Shown here: one piece after another, positions 12,247-24,720 of the stretch
Layout: every line of letters begins with the position of its first letter
How positions within the stretch are numbered: position 1 is the stretch's first letter
Assembly: GCF_006345805.1 (NCBI RefSeq)
Contig: NC_042999.1
Coordinates: forward strand, 159,464,001-159,528,000
Origin: Octopus sinensis
Taxonomy: Eukaryota
Reading direction: 5' to 3'
Length of the DNA: 64,000 nt
Notes under the pieces: model-generated
What the model was told of the DNA's origin: nothing
What the model saw: the letters and a program-made list of their open reading frames with translations, nothing else
The model's database searches: none
Position numbers and translations under genes: made by a program

Positions 12247-12934
12247 GTGACGTTATGTTTATATTGCATGGAATTATCGTTGTTTTTATTTCCAGGAGAT
12301 TTCTAAATAAGGGGAGGTAGTGAGTGATTTTTTCCGGTGTAGGGGAGATAATCGCTTAAAAATTTTTTTTCCCTTTTCCTTGTTAATTTCTCTGTGTCAG
12401 TATGTTCGGATGGTTGAGTCTGGGTTTGTACTTTTCAATGAAGAATGTTTCCTTGTTCAGTCTCATTTGTGTTGATGATCCGAAAGAACATTGGTAAAAT
12501 GGGAAGATTAAAAATTGTGGCAGTAGTTGCTTTGCGCATTTCTCAATGTGCTCACTAAAAGGTATCATTCTATATTCTGGGAATGCAACAGATTGCATTC
12601 CCAGAATATAGAATGATACCTTTTAGTGAGCACATTGAGAAATGCGCAAAGCAACTACTGCCACAATTTTTAATCTTCCCATTTTACCAATGTGCTTTCG
12701 GATCATCAACACAAATGAGACTGAACAAGGAAACATTCTTCATTGAAAAGTACAAACCCAGACTCAACCATCCGAACATACTGACACAGAGAAATTAACA
12801 AGGAAAAGGGAAAAAAAATTTTTAAGCGATTATCTCCCCTACACCGGAAAAAATCACTCACTACCTCCCCCTATTTAGAAATCTCCTGGAAATAAAAACA
12901 ACGATAATTCCATGCAATATAAACATAACGTCAC

Positions 12935-12974
12935 AAGAAATTTGAAAAGCTACACGCGAAACCGGTAATTTCTT
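12935..12974 (+). ncRNA. Minimal type I hammerhead ribozyme, variant core (U3/A8)
   Basis: Stem I AAGAAAT/ATTTCTT, core TTGAAAA, stem II GC-TACAC-GC, GAAAC-CG-GT-A. Palindromic stem III (ACCGGT). Lies downstream of the PLE ORF, where PLE hammerheads normally occur. Confidence 0.65.
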
Positions 12975-13150
12975 TAAAAATTTTAAAATTATGTCATTTT
13001 AAGGAAAGGGAAAAAAAATTTTTCCAATATTCTCCAGACATTTTGACACAAATATATATATTTTTTAACATTTAAGCCTTCTGTCGTTTTTTCACACTTT
13101 ACTATTTTCTTATATATTCACCCACGTGCTTTACCAAACAAACTTTCTTA

Positions 13151-13218
<68 letters not shown>

Positions 13219-13284
13219 ATATTGTTATATTTGAAGATAAATATTTGATAAAAATCATTATTTTGAATAGAGTTACATTTAAAC

Positions 13285-13324
<40 letters not shown>

Positions 13325-13331
<7 letters not shown>

Positions 13332-13539
13332 AATCAAGGAACGGCCATAATAGGCCATTCACCCACTAGAAATAACAGCCAAAAAGCTTCAACCGCAAAA
13401 TAACATTAATTCCGTAAACCAGGAGAAAATTAAATTTTCTCCTGGTTTACGGAATTAATGTTATTTTGCGGTTGAAGCTTTTTGGCTGTTATTTCTAGTG
13501 GGTGAATGGCCTATTATGGCCGTTCCTTGATTGTGATAT
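13325..13539. repeat. Perfect palindrome, 107-bp arms, 1-nt loop (13432), abutting (TA)n
   Basis: ATATCACAATCAAGG..GGAGAAAATT-A-AATTTTCTCC..CCTTGATTGTGATAT, read directly. Confidence 0.95.
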
Positions 13540-13666
13540 TGAACTTAAAAATGGTTTATGACTATTTAATTTTTTCCCACTAGGCCGCTGGGGGCAAAAG
13601 AATTCTACAAAATTTTTTTTGCCTCCCTATATTGATTAATTATGAATATATATATATATATATATA

Positions 13667-14009
13667 ACGTTATATAATTAGGGCTCAGTAAAATAATTTA
13701 CTTTACCACATACTGAAACTTTTAGAAATAGCAGCCAAAAAGTTTTTTTAGCCATTTCTACTACTATAAGAAAAGTCTCCCAGATAGTGTTTACTCAAAA
13801 ATAATTCACATAGATATGGAGGGAAAAACATGTACATGTGATATTTTGCTGTTTTTCCCTCCTACGTGAATTATTTTTGAGTAAACACTATCTGGGAGAC
13901 TTTTCTTATAATAGTAGAAATGGCTAAAAAAACTTTTTGGCTGCTATTTCTAAAAGTTTCAGTATGTGGTAAAGTAAATTATTTTACTGAGCCCTAATTA
14001 TATAACGTA
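13667..14009. repeat. Near-perfect palindrome, about 150-bp arms, abutting (TA)n
   Basis: ACGTTATATAATTAGGGCTCAGT.. / ..ACTGAGCCCTAATTATATAACGT. Shares the TAGAAATARCAGCCAAAAAG motif with the 13325 palindrome. Confidence 0.9.
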
Positions 14010-14101
14010 ATATTTTGAATATACCTTGAATGGTCCTTTTACATACTGAACACTACTTGGTGAAATTAATTAATAATTAATTGATTTTACCCTTTTATTA
14101 T

Positions 14102-14150
<49 letters not shown>

Positions 14151-14635
14151 TTTATGAGAAAATCAAAAACTTTTAGAAAAGAACAATAAATTTTGATTTA
14201 ACCTCTACAAGCATCTTGAAGATAAATATTTGATAAAAATCATTATTTTGAATAGAGTAACAGAATTTATATTAAATTACATTTAAGAAGCTTTGTCATA
14301 TTTCAAAAACATTTGGAAACAACTTCTTAAAAATCAATTGTTTACGTACCGTAGAAAAAGCAGTCGTTGTCCTTATTACAAGGGAGATTTTTCCTACAAA
14401 GCTGTCCAACACATACTTCACGCGGATTGGGGCAATCGTAGGATACGGTACATTCCTTTTCTTTCTGAATATGAGTATAAACCAATATTGATGACAATAA
14501 TAATTCACAGTCAGAAAATATTTGGGCTTTTACTGATTCTGGTTGGTGAAAATATGAAATTTTCCTAAAGCTAATTCAAAAACTGGAACAAGCCCGAACT
14601 CTCATCAAAGCAATTTTTTCCGAGCGTTCAGTATA

Positions 14636-15134
14636 TCTTTATATATAAAAGAGAAGTTGTGTGTCTGTGTCCTACGATTTATATTCCTAACTACTCCCAC
14701 AGTTTGCGGTGCAGTTTAACCAAAACCGGGTATATTATAGTCGTGATTCATATCGAGCCCTTCTGGGTATTAGCGCGCGTCTACGATGAGTCTACGATTT
14801 AAAAAAAATTTACCATAATTTTTTTCCATTTTAATGCATTTTTTTCGCTATTATATAAGGGAAGTAACTCTCTAAAAATGTCTACGATGAGTCTACGATT
14901 TAAAAAAAAATTTACCATCATTTTTTTCCATTTTAATGCATTTTTTCGCTATTATATATTGGAAGTAACTCTCTAAAAATGTCTACGATGAGTCAACGAT
15001 TTAAAAAATAATTTACCATCATTTTCTTTCCATTTTTAATGCATTTTTTTGCTATTTTTTGGCTATAACTCTCTAAAAATGCTTATATAGTTATTTCCCT
15101 TACAAACCCGAGCAACGCCGGGCGATACTGCTAG
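14636..15134 (+). mobile_element. Non-autonomous Helitron (three internal ~100-bp repeats)
   Basis: A|TC 5' end, CCCG-AGCAACGC-CGGG hairpin, CTAG|T 3' end, no TSD. Homologue at 19984. Confidence 0.85.
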
Positions 15135-15503
15135 TTAAAACATAAACATATATTCATATGCGTATGTATGTACGTATATTTTGAATGACATTCATCAATT
15201 TTCCCTGCCAAATCAAGGAAATATCGGATTGAAAATCAAGTTTGGGCATGCAGAATAATCATTGATCATCGCAAGAAATTTGAACCATAGCAACGATCGG
15301 TTTAAGCTAAATCACGAGGAAGTCTTCGACATATAAAAGCAGTAATACATAGATGTGTAAAACATGCGTATAGCAATCACACACCGAATCAAATCAAGTT
15401 ACATACAAGAAGTAAATCGTAATAATTAGATTAAGAATTCTAACTTGTAGCTAAAGTCTTTTTGCTATGAGTTTGACTTCAATGATACAATACTATCCTC
15501 ACA

Positions 15504-15833
15504 GTGGAGGCGCAATGGCCCAGTGGTTAGGGCAGCGGACTCGCGGTCATAAGATTGCGGTTTCGATTCCCATCCGGCAGGGATGGTGGTGATCCCTGCT
15601 GTACTCTTTCACCACAACTTTCTCTCACTCTTACTTCCTGTTTCTGTTGTACCTGTATTTGAAAGGGCCGGCCTTGTCACTCTCTGTGTCACGCTGAATA
15701 TCCCCGAGAACTACGTTAAGGGTACACGTGTCTGTGGAGTGCTCAGCCACTTGCACGTTAATTTCACGAGCAGGCTGTTCCGTTGATTCGGATCAACCGG
15801 AACCCTCGTCGTTGTAACCGACGGAGTACTTCC
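15504..15833 (+). mobile_element. SINE family A with an internal deletion of about 60 bp
   Basis: 12-bp TSD ACTATCCTCACA (15492-15503 and 15834-15845). Sequence jumps from gattccca to tccggcagg. Confidence 0.9.
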
Positions 15834-16309
15834 ACTATCCTCACAATGCTAGTTATACTCCCTTTGTGCTCACTCACAGCTAACAGATATGTGTGTGTAT
15901 GTGTATATGTGTGTATGCGTGCGCGTGTGTGTGTATTAGCTTGGAAACATATCTACTCTGGATTTTACCTGCTCCATTCCCTCAATTTGGACTTTTATTC
16001 GCATACTTAGCAACTCCGCATGCTAAGCTCCAACTATAAAATAACCATTTTACCTTATAGAACTTTGATATTGGAAAACTTATAACCTTTTACACCAATA
16101 AACTATAATTGTTCCTGGAAGTTGTTTTTTATAACTTCTCCAGACTTCTCGAAGCTTACTAACTTTCTACACATATGCATGGTTAGTGGTTAGAGTGTTT
16201 CATTCACTGTCGCTTGATCGTGGTTTCAATTCCTAGAGCGGGTGGTGCGTTGTCTTCTTCAGCAAGACACACCATCTTACGTTGCTCTCTGATTACGTTG
16301 ACCCTTAGG

Positions 16310-17845
16310 CGTGGTACAGCGTGCAACTGTTCAGACAGTTCCTTTGAGAGTGGGATCAGTGCCATGCAAAAGAGCAACGGGGAGAGGGAGTCCCATTGAA
16401 AGATGCCTTTTTGATGTTGATATTAGTTTGGCTCATCCCATTACTATGGTTTCCACTTGTGTTCCATTTGGTCATGATACCTTGTAAGAATTTGGAGATG
16501 ACTGGAGAGATTTTAAATATTCTAAGGGCCTCCAGTATCCAATTATGAGGCACATTATCAAACGCTTTCCTGTAGTCTATCCATGCCATACTCAGGCTTC
16601 TCTTTCTGCTCCGGCAATTCTCTACAATCTTTTTACTTATGAATAATTGATCTTTGCACGCATAAGAATTCCTTTTTCCAGCCTTTTTGAGCTTGTGGAC
16701 GGATAGATCTCTCTTCAGGGAAAGCATATATTCTGTCAGTTAATATGGATATGAGGATCTTGTAGGTGATGTTGAGATATGTTATGGGTCGGTAGTTCTT
16801 CGAATTTTTAACTTCAGTTTTTGGTAGAAGGTATCTTGTTCCTTCTGTCACCCAGGCAGGTATTTGCTCTGGGTTCTGGATGACATCAGTTAGAGATGCA
16901 GCTAAATCTTGGTGTACTTCTGTCAGACAATTTAGCCAGAAGTTAGGAATTCGATCCAGTCCTGGAGTTTTCCATCTGTGGAAATTTCTAAGACCACATC
17001 TTACTTCTTCTATTCCTATTGCCTTCCATTTCTGCTCTTCAACTTCATCCAGTCTCACTTTTTCATGCTCTATTCTGTCAGCTTTACCATTTTTTTGCTC
17101 CATATCTTCTTCCAAAACTCTTTCATTTCCTCAGTCTTAGGTTGCTCCTTTACTTCTATCTTACTTTATCAATTTCCCTACAAAATTTCTTTGCATCAGT
17201 CTTGAATATCTTGTTTTGTTGATAAAAGTTTTTCGCTTGTCATACCTTCTAAACCGTTGTGCGTTCAGTTGTATTCGTTGTTTCAATCATTCCTTGGTTG
17301 CAGGGAGGTTTATAAAATGCTTGATTTTATATTTTTGCTTGATTTTTCTAGGTCGTTTCGTCTTAACATTTACTCCTCTAGCACGTTCATCGAGAACTGA
17401 TACATCTGTCCACAGAAATTCGATCTCATATTGTATCGCTACTTTCCACTTAGGAGGTCTATTGACATTTCTGTGTCGCCCTGATATCTAGTTGAACAGT
17501 TACAACCTTAGCAGTGGAACAGATGAGATTATTTAAAGTCGTTAGGTCATTTCCTTTATTACTTAAGATCTCTCTAAGAGCAACATTATATATCATGATT
17601 ATGTTGCTGTTTTTTATGTTGTTTGAGAACTTTTCCAGTGGTTCTCTATTGATGATGTCAGTAGACTAAGTCTTGCTGAGTTCTCTGATAATATCTTCTT
17701 TTCTTTCTATGATTTCTTTATTCTGGTGTTCTTGAGGTAGGTCTACTTTCTCCTCTTTTTCCGTATATCTGTTTTTCGCTAATCTTTCTTCAGCTTCCTC
17801 GTTGGGACGTACTGCTTGTACACTGGGTTCGATGTATCTGTTACC
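16310..17845 (-). mobile_element. R4/Dong-like (RLE-type) non-LTR retrotransposon fragment with RT domains, degenerate
   Basis: WKTPGLDRIPNFWL..YLLPK..KNYRPITYL..CKDQL..AWIDYRKAFDNVPHNWI..KGIFQWDSLSPLLFCMAL. 5' side abuts a (TAA)n tract. Confidence 0.85.
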
Positions 17846-17847
17846 TA

Positions 17848-17906
<59 letters not shown>
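17848..17906. repeat. (TTA)n microsatellite
   Basis: Directly visible. Confidence 0.95.
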
Positions 17907-17909
<3 letters not shown>

Positions 17910-18740
17910 CTGCGCGCGTAAGCGAAATCAGAGTACTGTAATCACTCGTCTTTGTGTGTTTGCAAAATTACTAAAAAACGGCTGAATGGATTTTAATCAA
18001 ATTTGGCAGAAACTGAGTGAGTGGCTCAAAATGATGATAATTTGATTTGATTATCTTCAAACATACATAAATACATATATAGATATGTGATGACTCTGTG
18101 TGTGTATATATGTGTGTGTATGTGTGCGTGTGTGTGTGTGTATGTACAGTGATGGCTTCGAGGGTTTCGTTTATTTACGAGTTAATTCCTTAATTTCACC
18201 GGAGGATTACCTATAATGGTAATACTTAAATTGTTTTTTGTTTAATTTTAAAAAATCGTACTTACAATTTCACGATAAGCAAGTGGTCATATTATTTATA
18301 TCCTACAAAGAACTACACTACGTTTAATTTACTTGCCACCATTGAAAGGCGCTCAAAAAACTTCTCAAATTCTAAGCAATATTTTCTCGAAATATTTCAT
18401 TTTCTTCAGTTTCTTTTTCATATGAATCGACCCTCGTCTGCGTGTGTATATACCATGGTATACCTATGCGCGCAGAAACGTGTAGGTACATACATATGTA
18501 CATATATACATAAATACATACATAGATATGCGACTCTGTATAGGTGAGTACCTTTGTGTGTATGTACAGTGATGGATTCGAGGATTTCGTTGATTTAGGA
18601 GTTGATTTCTTAATTTCACCGTACTTAAGCTTCTAATCCTTATCTAGGCAAACTCTTACAAAGCTTAATTCGGTTCAGTTAAAAAGCATTATAAGCCACA
18701 CTATAATTTGTGAAAAAATTTATCTGTGTGCAGGGTATGC
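17905..18740 (+). mobile_element. Possible Helentron-associated (DINE-1/HINE-like) non-autonomous element
   Basis: Starts TACCCTGCGCGC, inverted GTGTGCAGGGTA near 18725-18739, internal duplicated blocks at about 18060-18230 and 18500-18620. Family assignment by analogy only. Confidence 0.35.
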
Positions 18741-18863
18741 ATCACCCTACCGATTCCCTTTTTTTTCATTTTTTCTTTTTGTTGTTGTTTCAGATAACAT
18801 GCTCTAGATTTCCAGGAATACATTCTAGGACCCGTTGTACATACGATAATAAATGCTACTTAC

Positions 18864-18917
18864 GTTCCTTTCCAAGACATCAGTAAAATACCTGCCACTT
18901 ACTGCATGGGCCAGTAA
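18864..18917 (-). CDS. Candidate internal exon (phase 0-0, 54 bp; LLAHAVSGRYFTDVLERN)
   Basis: Very strong acceptor tttttttgtttttcag| and donor AAC|gtaagt. A second consensus donor GCA|gtaagt lies 15 nt into the exon. Confidence 0.5.
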
Positions 18918-19728
18918 CTGAAAAACAAAAAAATTAAATTATCTAGACTTTTCTGTTAAGCACCTAATTTTCAGGGTCTAATTCAGTTATGGCAATTAAT
19001 AGAATATCTAAGTACTCACTTCAGTTTATTTTGATGGATCTAATCTTATGCATCTCACACTAAAAAGTTAAATGTTCATTCAGTCTGTGCAGCTCTTAAC
19101 ACAGGTAAAGATATGACGCTCACTACTTTGAAATTGATAAAAATGTATTTAAAGCTTTAAATTAACAAAACTGAAGTTATACACAAATCTTGGTGCATAA
19201 TGAAAAGAAAGAACAAAATTAAAACACAAGAAAATAAAATGGAAGAAAATGAAAAAGCAGAGGTATAGCTCTCATGTCTGTTTTTGAATAAGTTATGCCA
19301 AGTTTGTACTCAAAATATTGGTCTAGGGTATATAAGAAAACTTCACACCAGAATCATAGTACAATTTCTACAGTGACAATTCTATAGCATAATTAACAAG
19401 ATTATTTTTAAGAAGGCGGCTTTAGGAGATATGCGTTCAGGGATTTGTGAAAGGCCTGTTGCTGACGTGAAAATGTGTTCATTAAGAGATGTCTTTGAAA
19501 ACTTTGGTTGCCTATGCATATTAGTAAACTGACTCCGCACAGGAATGATGGCCCGCGTTATTGATGCTATTTAACTCTAGGTCATCATTTATTAAGCAGA
19601 CCTATGATGAAAGAGATTTCAGCCGCACGGACTTTATTAGGGATTACTATGCTCAAGCGTCAACCCTCTCTGATAAGTAGAATAATAGAGCCACACTCTG
19701 AGTGCTTTGATCGACGGCATTCTAACCA

Positions 19729-19955
19729 AGGCGGCGAGCTGGCAGAATCGTTAGCACGCCGGGCGAAATGCGTAGCTGTAATTCGTCTGTCGTTACGTTG
19801 TAGTTCAAATTCCGCCGAGGTCGACTTTGCCTTTCATCCTTTCGGGGTCGATAAGTTAAGTACCAGTTACGCTCTGGGGTCGATGTAATCGACTTAATAC
19901 CTATGTCTGTCTTTGTCCCTTCTATGTTTAGCCCCTTGTGGGTAATAAAGAAATA
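19729..19955 (+). mobile_element. SINE family C, single full-length copy
   Basis: Head GGCGGCGAGCTGGCAGAATCG..GTTCAAATTCC, central gtcgactttgcctttcatcctttcggggtcgat domain, 13-bp TSD GGCATTCTAACCA (19716-19728 and 19956-19968). Confidence 0.9.
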
Positions 19956-19983
19956 GGCATTCTAACCATAGCTATTTTGCATA

Positions 19984-20383
19984 TCTTTATATATAAAAGA
20001 GAGGTTGTGTGCTGTCTGTCTCCTACGATTTAGATTCCTAACTACTCCCACATTTTGCGGTGCAGTTTAACCAAAACCGGGTATCTTATAGTCGTGATTC
20101 ATATCGAGCCCTTCTGGGTATTAGCGCGCGTCTACGATGAGTCTACGATTTTTAAAAAACTTTACCATCATTTTTTTCCATTTTAATGCATTTTTTCGCT
20201 ATTATATAAGGGAAGTAACTCTCTAAAAATGTCTACGATGAGCCAACGATTTTTAAAAAAAATTACCATCATTTTTTTTCCATTTTTAATGCATATTTTG
20301 CTATTTTTTGGCTATAACTCTCTAAAAATGCTTATATAGTTATTTCCCTTACAAACCCGAGCAACGCCGGGCGATACTGCTAG
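19984..20383 (+). mobile_element. Non-autonomous Helitron (two internal repeats)
   Basis: A|TC..hairpin..CTAG|T; same family as 14636-15134. Confidence 0.85.
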
Positions 20384-20763
20384 TCAGAGTATATTGTCCA
20401 ATGTACTCTTCCCTATTCATGAAAAAAAGTGAAAATCTCACCCTAAATCTCTCTACAATTATTTAACAAAGAACATGGAATAATACACATCGCAATATCA
20501 GAGGTTATCTTCAGGTTCCATACATAAACGACGTAAACAACGATACAAACATGCTCAAATTAAATGAACGACTGAACGTGCCGGAGGCACTTATTCATTG
20601 TTGTAACAATCTATTCACAGACCCTGCCACGTCGTTCCCTTCAAATACCCAGACTCATCTACAACACCGAGAACAACTAACTAACGTAAAGATATCATCT
20701 CACGCTTATCCAAACCAGATAAACACATGAACAGGGAGAAGGAGAGGGGAGAAGAAAAGGAAG

Positions 20764-21048
<285 letters not shown>

Positions 21049-21054
21049 ATTATT

Positions 21055-21265
21055 TTATTCTTTTATTTGTTTCAGTCATTTGACTGCAGCCATGCTGGAG
21101 CACCGCCTTTAGTCGAACAAATCGACCCCAGGACTTATTCTTTATAAGCCTAGCACTTATTCTATCGGCCTCTTATGCCAAACCGCTAAGTTACGAGGAC
21201 GTAGACACGCCACCATCGGTTGTCAAGCGATGGTGGAAGAACAAACGCAGACACACAAACACCCA
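21055..21265 (-). mobile_element. SINE family B 3' half
   Basis: Reverse complement of the family B 3' region (gtttcagtcatttgactgcagccatgctggagcaccgcc). Confidence 0.8.
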
Positions 21266-21349
21266 TACGCACGCACATGAACACACACATACACACGCAT
21301 ACATACACACACACCACACACACAACACACCACACACACACATACACAT

Positions 21350-21392
<43 letters not shown>

Positions 21393-21411
21393 ATATATAA
21401 TATATAGATAG

Positions 21412-22965
21412 ATAAGAAAGTTTGTTTGGTAAAGCACGTGGGTGAATATATAAGAAAGTAAAGAGTGAAAAGACGACAGAAGGCTTAAATGTTAAAAAAT
21501 ATATATATTTGCGTCAAAATGTCTGGAGAATATTGGAAAAATTTTTTTTTTTCCCTTTCCTTAAAATGACATAATTTTATAATTTTTAAAGAAATACCGG
21601 TTTCGCAGTTAGCTCTTCAAATTTCTTGTGTCTTAATGTTTATTTTTAATAACGTAATCCTTGTACTTTTGCTAAGGAGAGTTCTAAATAAGGGAAAGTA
21701 GTGAGTGATTTCTTCCGGTGTAAGGGAGATAATCGCTTAAAAAATTTTTTTTCCCCTTTAGTGTGAATTTCTCTGTATTATTGAGTTCGGATAGTTGAGT
21801 CTGGGTTTGTACTTTTCAATGAAGAATGTTTCCTTATTTAGTCTAATTTGTGATGATGATCCGAAAGCACATTGGTAAAATGGAAAGATTAAAAATTGTG
21901 GTTGTAGTTGCTTTGCGCATTTCTCAATGTGTTCACAAAAGGTATCACTCTATATTCTGGGAATGCAATCTGTTGTCGATGCAGTGTGCATCTACGTCTG
22001 AGTGATAGTCCCGTGGACCCCACGTAGTCTTGGTGGCAGCCCGAGCATTTAATGACATAAATTAATGTTTTCAGAGGCACAAGTAAAGTTAGATTTGATC
22101 TTGAATTTCTGTCCCTCTTTAAAGAAGAATTCTGATCCTTCCAATAGTTAGGACATGTTGCACAGTTCGATCTACCACATTTTTTTACTTTTGCATCCGT
22201 AATTTTAGAAGACAAAAATTACGGATGCAAAAGTAAAAATGTGGTAGATCGAACTGTTGCAACATGTCCTAACCTATTGGAAGGATCAGAATTCTTCTTT
22301 AAAGAGGGACAGAATTCAAGATCAATCTAACTTTACTTGTGCCTCTGAAAACATAATTTATGTCATTAAATGCTCGGGCTGCCACCAAGACTACGTGGGG
22401 TCCACGGGACTATCACTCAGACGTAGATGCACACTGCATCGACAACAGATTGCATTCCCAAATATAGAATGATACCTTTTAGTGAACACATTGAGAAATG
22501 CGCAAAGCAACTACAACCACAATTTTTAATCTTTCATTTTACCAATGTGCTTTCGGATCATCATCACAAATTAGAACTAAATAAGGAAACATTCTTCATT
22601 GAAAAGTCAAACCCAGACTCAACTATCCGAACTCAATAATACAGAGAAATTCACACTAAGGGGGAAAAAAATTTTTTAAGCGATTATCTCCCTTACACCG
22701 GAAGAAATCACTCACTACTTTCCCTTATTTAGAACTCTCCTTAGCAAAAGTACAAGGATTACGTTATTAAAAATAAACATTAAGACACAAGAAATTTGAA
22801 GAGCTAACTGCGAAACCGGTATTTCTTAAAAATTATAAAATTATGTCATTAAGGAAAGGAAAAAATTTTTCCAATATCTCCAGACATTTTGACGCAAAAT
22901 ATATAATATTTTTTTTAACATTTAAGCCTTCTGTCGTCTTTTCACTCTTTACTATTTTCTTATAT

Positions 22966-22968
<3 letters not shown>
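21412..22968. mobile_element. Second fold-back Penelope-like palindrome (about 760-bp arms, centre near 22211)
   Basis: Each arm encodes the Cys-rich linker (KKCGRSNCATCP) and GIY-YIG (IYVIKCSGCHQDYVGSTGLSLRRRCTLHRQQ). Same family as 12064-13151 but diverged; (TA)n on both sides. Confidence 0.9.
22789..22827 (+). ncRNA. Minimal hammerhead-like motif (U3/G8 core), mirrored at about 21589-21627 on the minus strand
   Basis: AAGAAAT TTGAAGA GC-TAACT-GC GAAAC-CG-GT-A TTTCTT. Stem I register differs by 1 nt from copy 1. Confidence 0.55.
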
Positions 22969-22999
<31 letters not shown>

Positions 23000-23003
<4 letters not shown>

Positions 23004-23158
23004 CACGACCTGTTTCTTTCCTTTTCCGTCTACCAATCCACCACAATCCTTTGGTCGTCCCTATGCCATAGTAGAAGACACTTGCCCAAGGTGCCGCATA
23101 GTTGGACTGAATCCTAACCATGCGGTTAGTAAGGAAGTTACTTACTATACACCCTCTT
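23000..23158 (-). mobile_element. SINE family B 5' half, diverged
   Basis: Reverse complement includes ggcaccttgggcaagtgtcttctactat..ggattggtagacgg. Confidence 0.7.
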
Positions 23159-23606
23159 CTGAAAGAAAGAGTAAAATAACAAAAGCAGTATCTTAAGCCA
23201 CAAACACTGTAGTGAAACGAATCCTCCGTCAATGACAAGCGGTGTGGAGAAAGGTAATAGTTGTTCTCTGATCGAGTCTACGTTACCCTACTTTATTGTG
23301 GACACCACAGGAAGAGTGGCTTTCTATGTGATTGCTCAAGTTTTAAAAATGGCAGCCAAATCTTCTCAATTTTCACAAAAATATTTCTGTTAAAGGTATA
23401 TTAGCTAATGTCATCATTGTTAAACTGCCTGAAAAGTAAAGAAGTGAGGATAATCATGACCGAAACACCTTAACATTATAGATCTGTTCGATTAGAATCT
23501 AGGATTAAACAACACCAGCAAACGTTTCGAAAAGACAATGAAGTTAATATAACATGATTAGATAGTCGTGCAATACAACAAAACAATAATTTCTGTATAA
23601 AAACAA

Positions 23607-24006
23607 ACAGGAGTGGCTGTGTGGTAAGTAGCTTGCTAACCAACCACATGGTTCTGGGTTCAGTCCCACTGCGTGGCACCTTGGCAAGTGGTCTTCTGCT
23701 ATAGCCCCCCCCCCCCCGGCCGACCATAGCCTTGTGAGTGGATTTGGTAGACGGAACTGAAAGAAGCCTGTCGTATATATGTATATATATGTATATATGT
23801 GTGTGTGTGTTTGTCCCCCTAGCATTGCTTGACAACAAATGCTGGTGTGTTTACGTCCCCGTCACTTAGCGGTTCGGCAAAAGAGACCGATAGAATAAGT
23901 ATTGGGCTTACAAAAGAATAAGTCCCGGGGTCGATTTGCTCGACTAAAGGCGGTGCTCTAGCATGGCTGCAGTCAAATAACTGAAACAAGTAAAAGAGTA
24001 AAAGAG
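23607..24006 (+). mobile_element. SINE family B
   Basis: Aligns end to end with 11082-11498. Confidence 0.9.
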
Positions 24007-24568
24007 AATATAACAATGAAGTTAAAAGAATTTCACTTACGCAAATGAAGGCACAAATGGTTAGAGCGGACGAGAAATGCATGTTGGCAACAGGATATCT
24101 GCCTCGATACTGTCACTTCTTTTCTGTATCTTTCTTTAAGTAGCCCTGCCATTACTTATATGTATTTACTGGAGCAATTTTGCTAATGTAAAGAATGAAT
24201 ATTTTTCGAACTAGAAAGAAAAATTTGTGACTGCAAAATTAATAGACTTCAAATTACCTAATTTACTCTATTGAATAATTAGGTTTTAATAAAAGGAAGT
24301 TGAATATATATTGCAATTAGATGTTAATTATGAGAATGTAAAAGTAACTATCTCTCTCTGCGTATATATGTATGCACGTGTGTGTATGTGTGTGTGTGCG
24401 TGCGCGTGCGCGTGAGTGTGTGTATTGAAATAGAGAGATTGATATGAAAATGAATGAATATATAACGTGTTTGAGTGTGCCTATATTGAGCTATATGTTT
24501 TGTTATATATGCCTATGCATGTGTATACGTGCATTTATATATATATATATATTATATATAATATATGC

Positions 24569-24631
<63 letters not shown>

Positions 24632-24720
24632 ATATATAATATATATATATATTATATATATAATATGTATAAACATATATACATATATGCATATATATGT
24701 ATGTATTTATGGTGTGTATG

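Larger units (their letters stand above)
12064..13151. mobile_element. Penelope-like element 3' fragment as a fold-back palindrome (about 525-bp arms, loop CAGA at 12589-12592)
   Basis: Mirror ORFs 12383-12598 (-) and 12583-12798 (+) encode a GIY-YIG C-terminus (SEHIEKC..IFPFYQC..RLNKETFFIEKYKPRLN). Arms nearly identical; flanked by (TA)n. Confidence 0.9.

Noticed and set aside
15969-16033. Candidate 65-bp exon
   Set aside because: Stops in all frames unless an internal donor or a sequencing error is assumed.
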